From positions 29,654,871-29,718,870 of the forward strand of contig NC_092676.1 of NCBI RefSeq assembly GCF_964355755.1: a stretch of DNA of 64,000 bases, written 5' to 3'. Below the pieces are notes generated by a model. That model worked only from the letters and a program-made list of their open reading frames with translations, ran no database searches and was not told the DNA's origin. Numbering within the stretch: position 1 is the stretch's first letter; every line of letters begins with the position of its first letter. This DNA comes from Antedon mediterranea (taxonomy: Eukaryota > Animalia > Echinodermata). Position numbers and translations under genes: made by a program. Positions 63,493 through 64,000 of this stretch are shown one piece after another.

Positions 63493-63689
63493 GTTGATCG
63501 AAAAAAATGACCAAAAAAACACATTTTCTGGTTAAATTATTCTTTAAAATGTCAATGGACACACTGTATGGTATAAAATGGAAGCATATACAATATGCTA
63601 CCCATTGCTACCCAACTTGTATTGAAATTTTTAATTAGGAATATAACTTTATGGAAAATGTGCATAATTGACTTCAGTATTTAGAATTA

Positions 63690-64000
63690 TTATTAATTTA
63701 TCTATATCAACTGGTACGACCTTTCCTGATGATTTAAAGTTGGGTCTAGTTATATTTATTTTAAAGAAACCTTCACTGGATCATACTTGCATGGCAAATT
63801 TTCGATCTATTTCTAATGTCGCTTTTTTATCTAATTGATCCTTGAGAAATGCGTTGCTTTAGATCTCATACATTTTCTTGACGACAATAATCTGTTCGAC
63901 CCTCTTCAATCAGCATATAGAAAGCACCACAGTACAGAGTCAGCCATTCTCAAGGTGCATAATGATATTATTTTAACTCTGAATATTAAGGTAATTGTCT
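63690..64000 (+). mobile_element. Decayed L2-clade LINE RT fragment, runs off the window
   Basis: Translates with disruptions to LKKPSLD..ANFRSISNVAFLS..DPLQSAYRKHHSTESAILKVHNDI. Confidence 0.8.

Overview
AT-rich, intron-rich animal genomic DNA, probably an invertebrate deuterostome (inference from intron density, SINE and LINE types). No prokaryotic operon, CRISPR array or rRNA is visible. The left half holds three spliced housekeeping genes that I reconstructed by hand. ORC3 is on the minus strand with 17 exons in the window and its last exon off the left edge; it has one GC-AG intron and one U12-type donor. PYROXD1 is on the plus strand, head-to-head with ORC3. UBE3D is on the plus strand with 10 exons and one GC-AG intron. 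Between PYROXD1 and UBE3D lies an ~11.3-kb foldback-like structure: palindromic terminal inverted repeats enclose two oppositely oriented arrays of a 106-bp satellite, one with a ~2.07-kb higher-order repeat, plus a non-coding central loop. The tandem arrays record several independent TA-duplicating micro-insertions (TAGGCCTA, TACTGTA, TACCGTA, TACGTA) that look like transposon excision footprints. The right half is gene-poor and CpG-retaining. It contains decayed LINEs (Crack/L2, RTE), SINEs, PIF/Harbinger-type MITEs and a probable first coding exon of a signal-peptide receptor gene, possibly an ionotropic glutamate receptor. All homology calls are from memory of the protein families, not from database searches.
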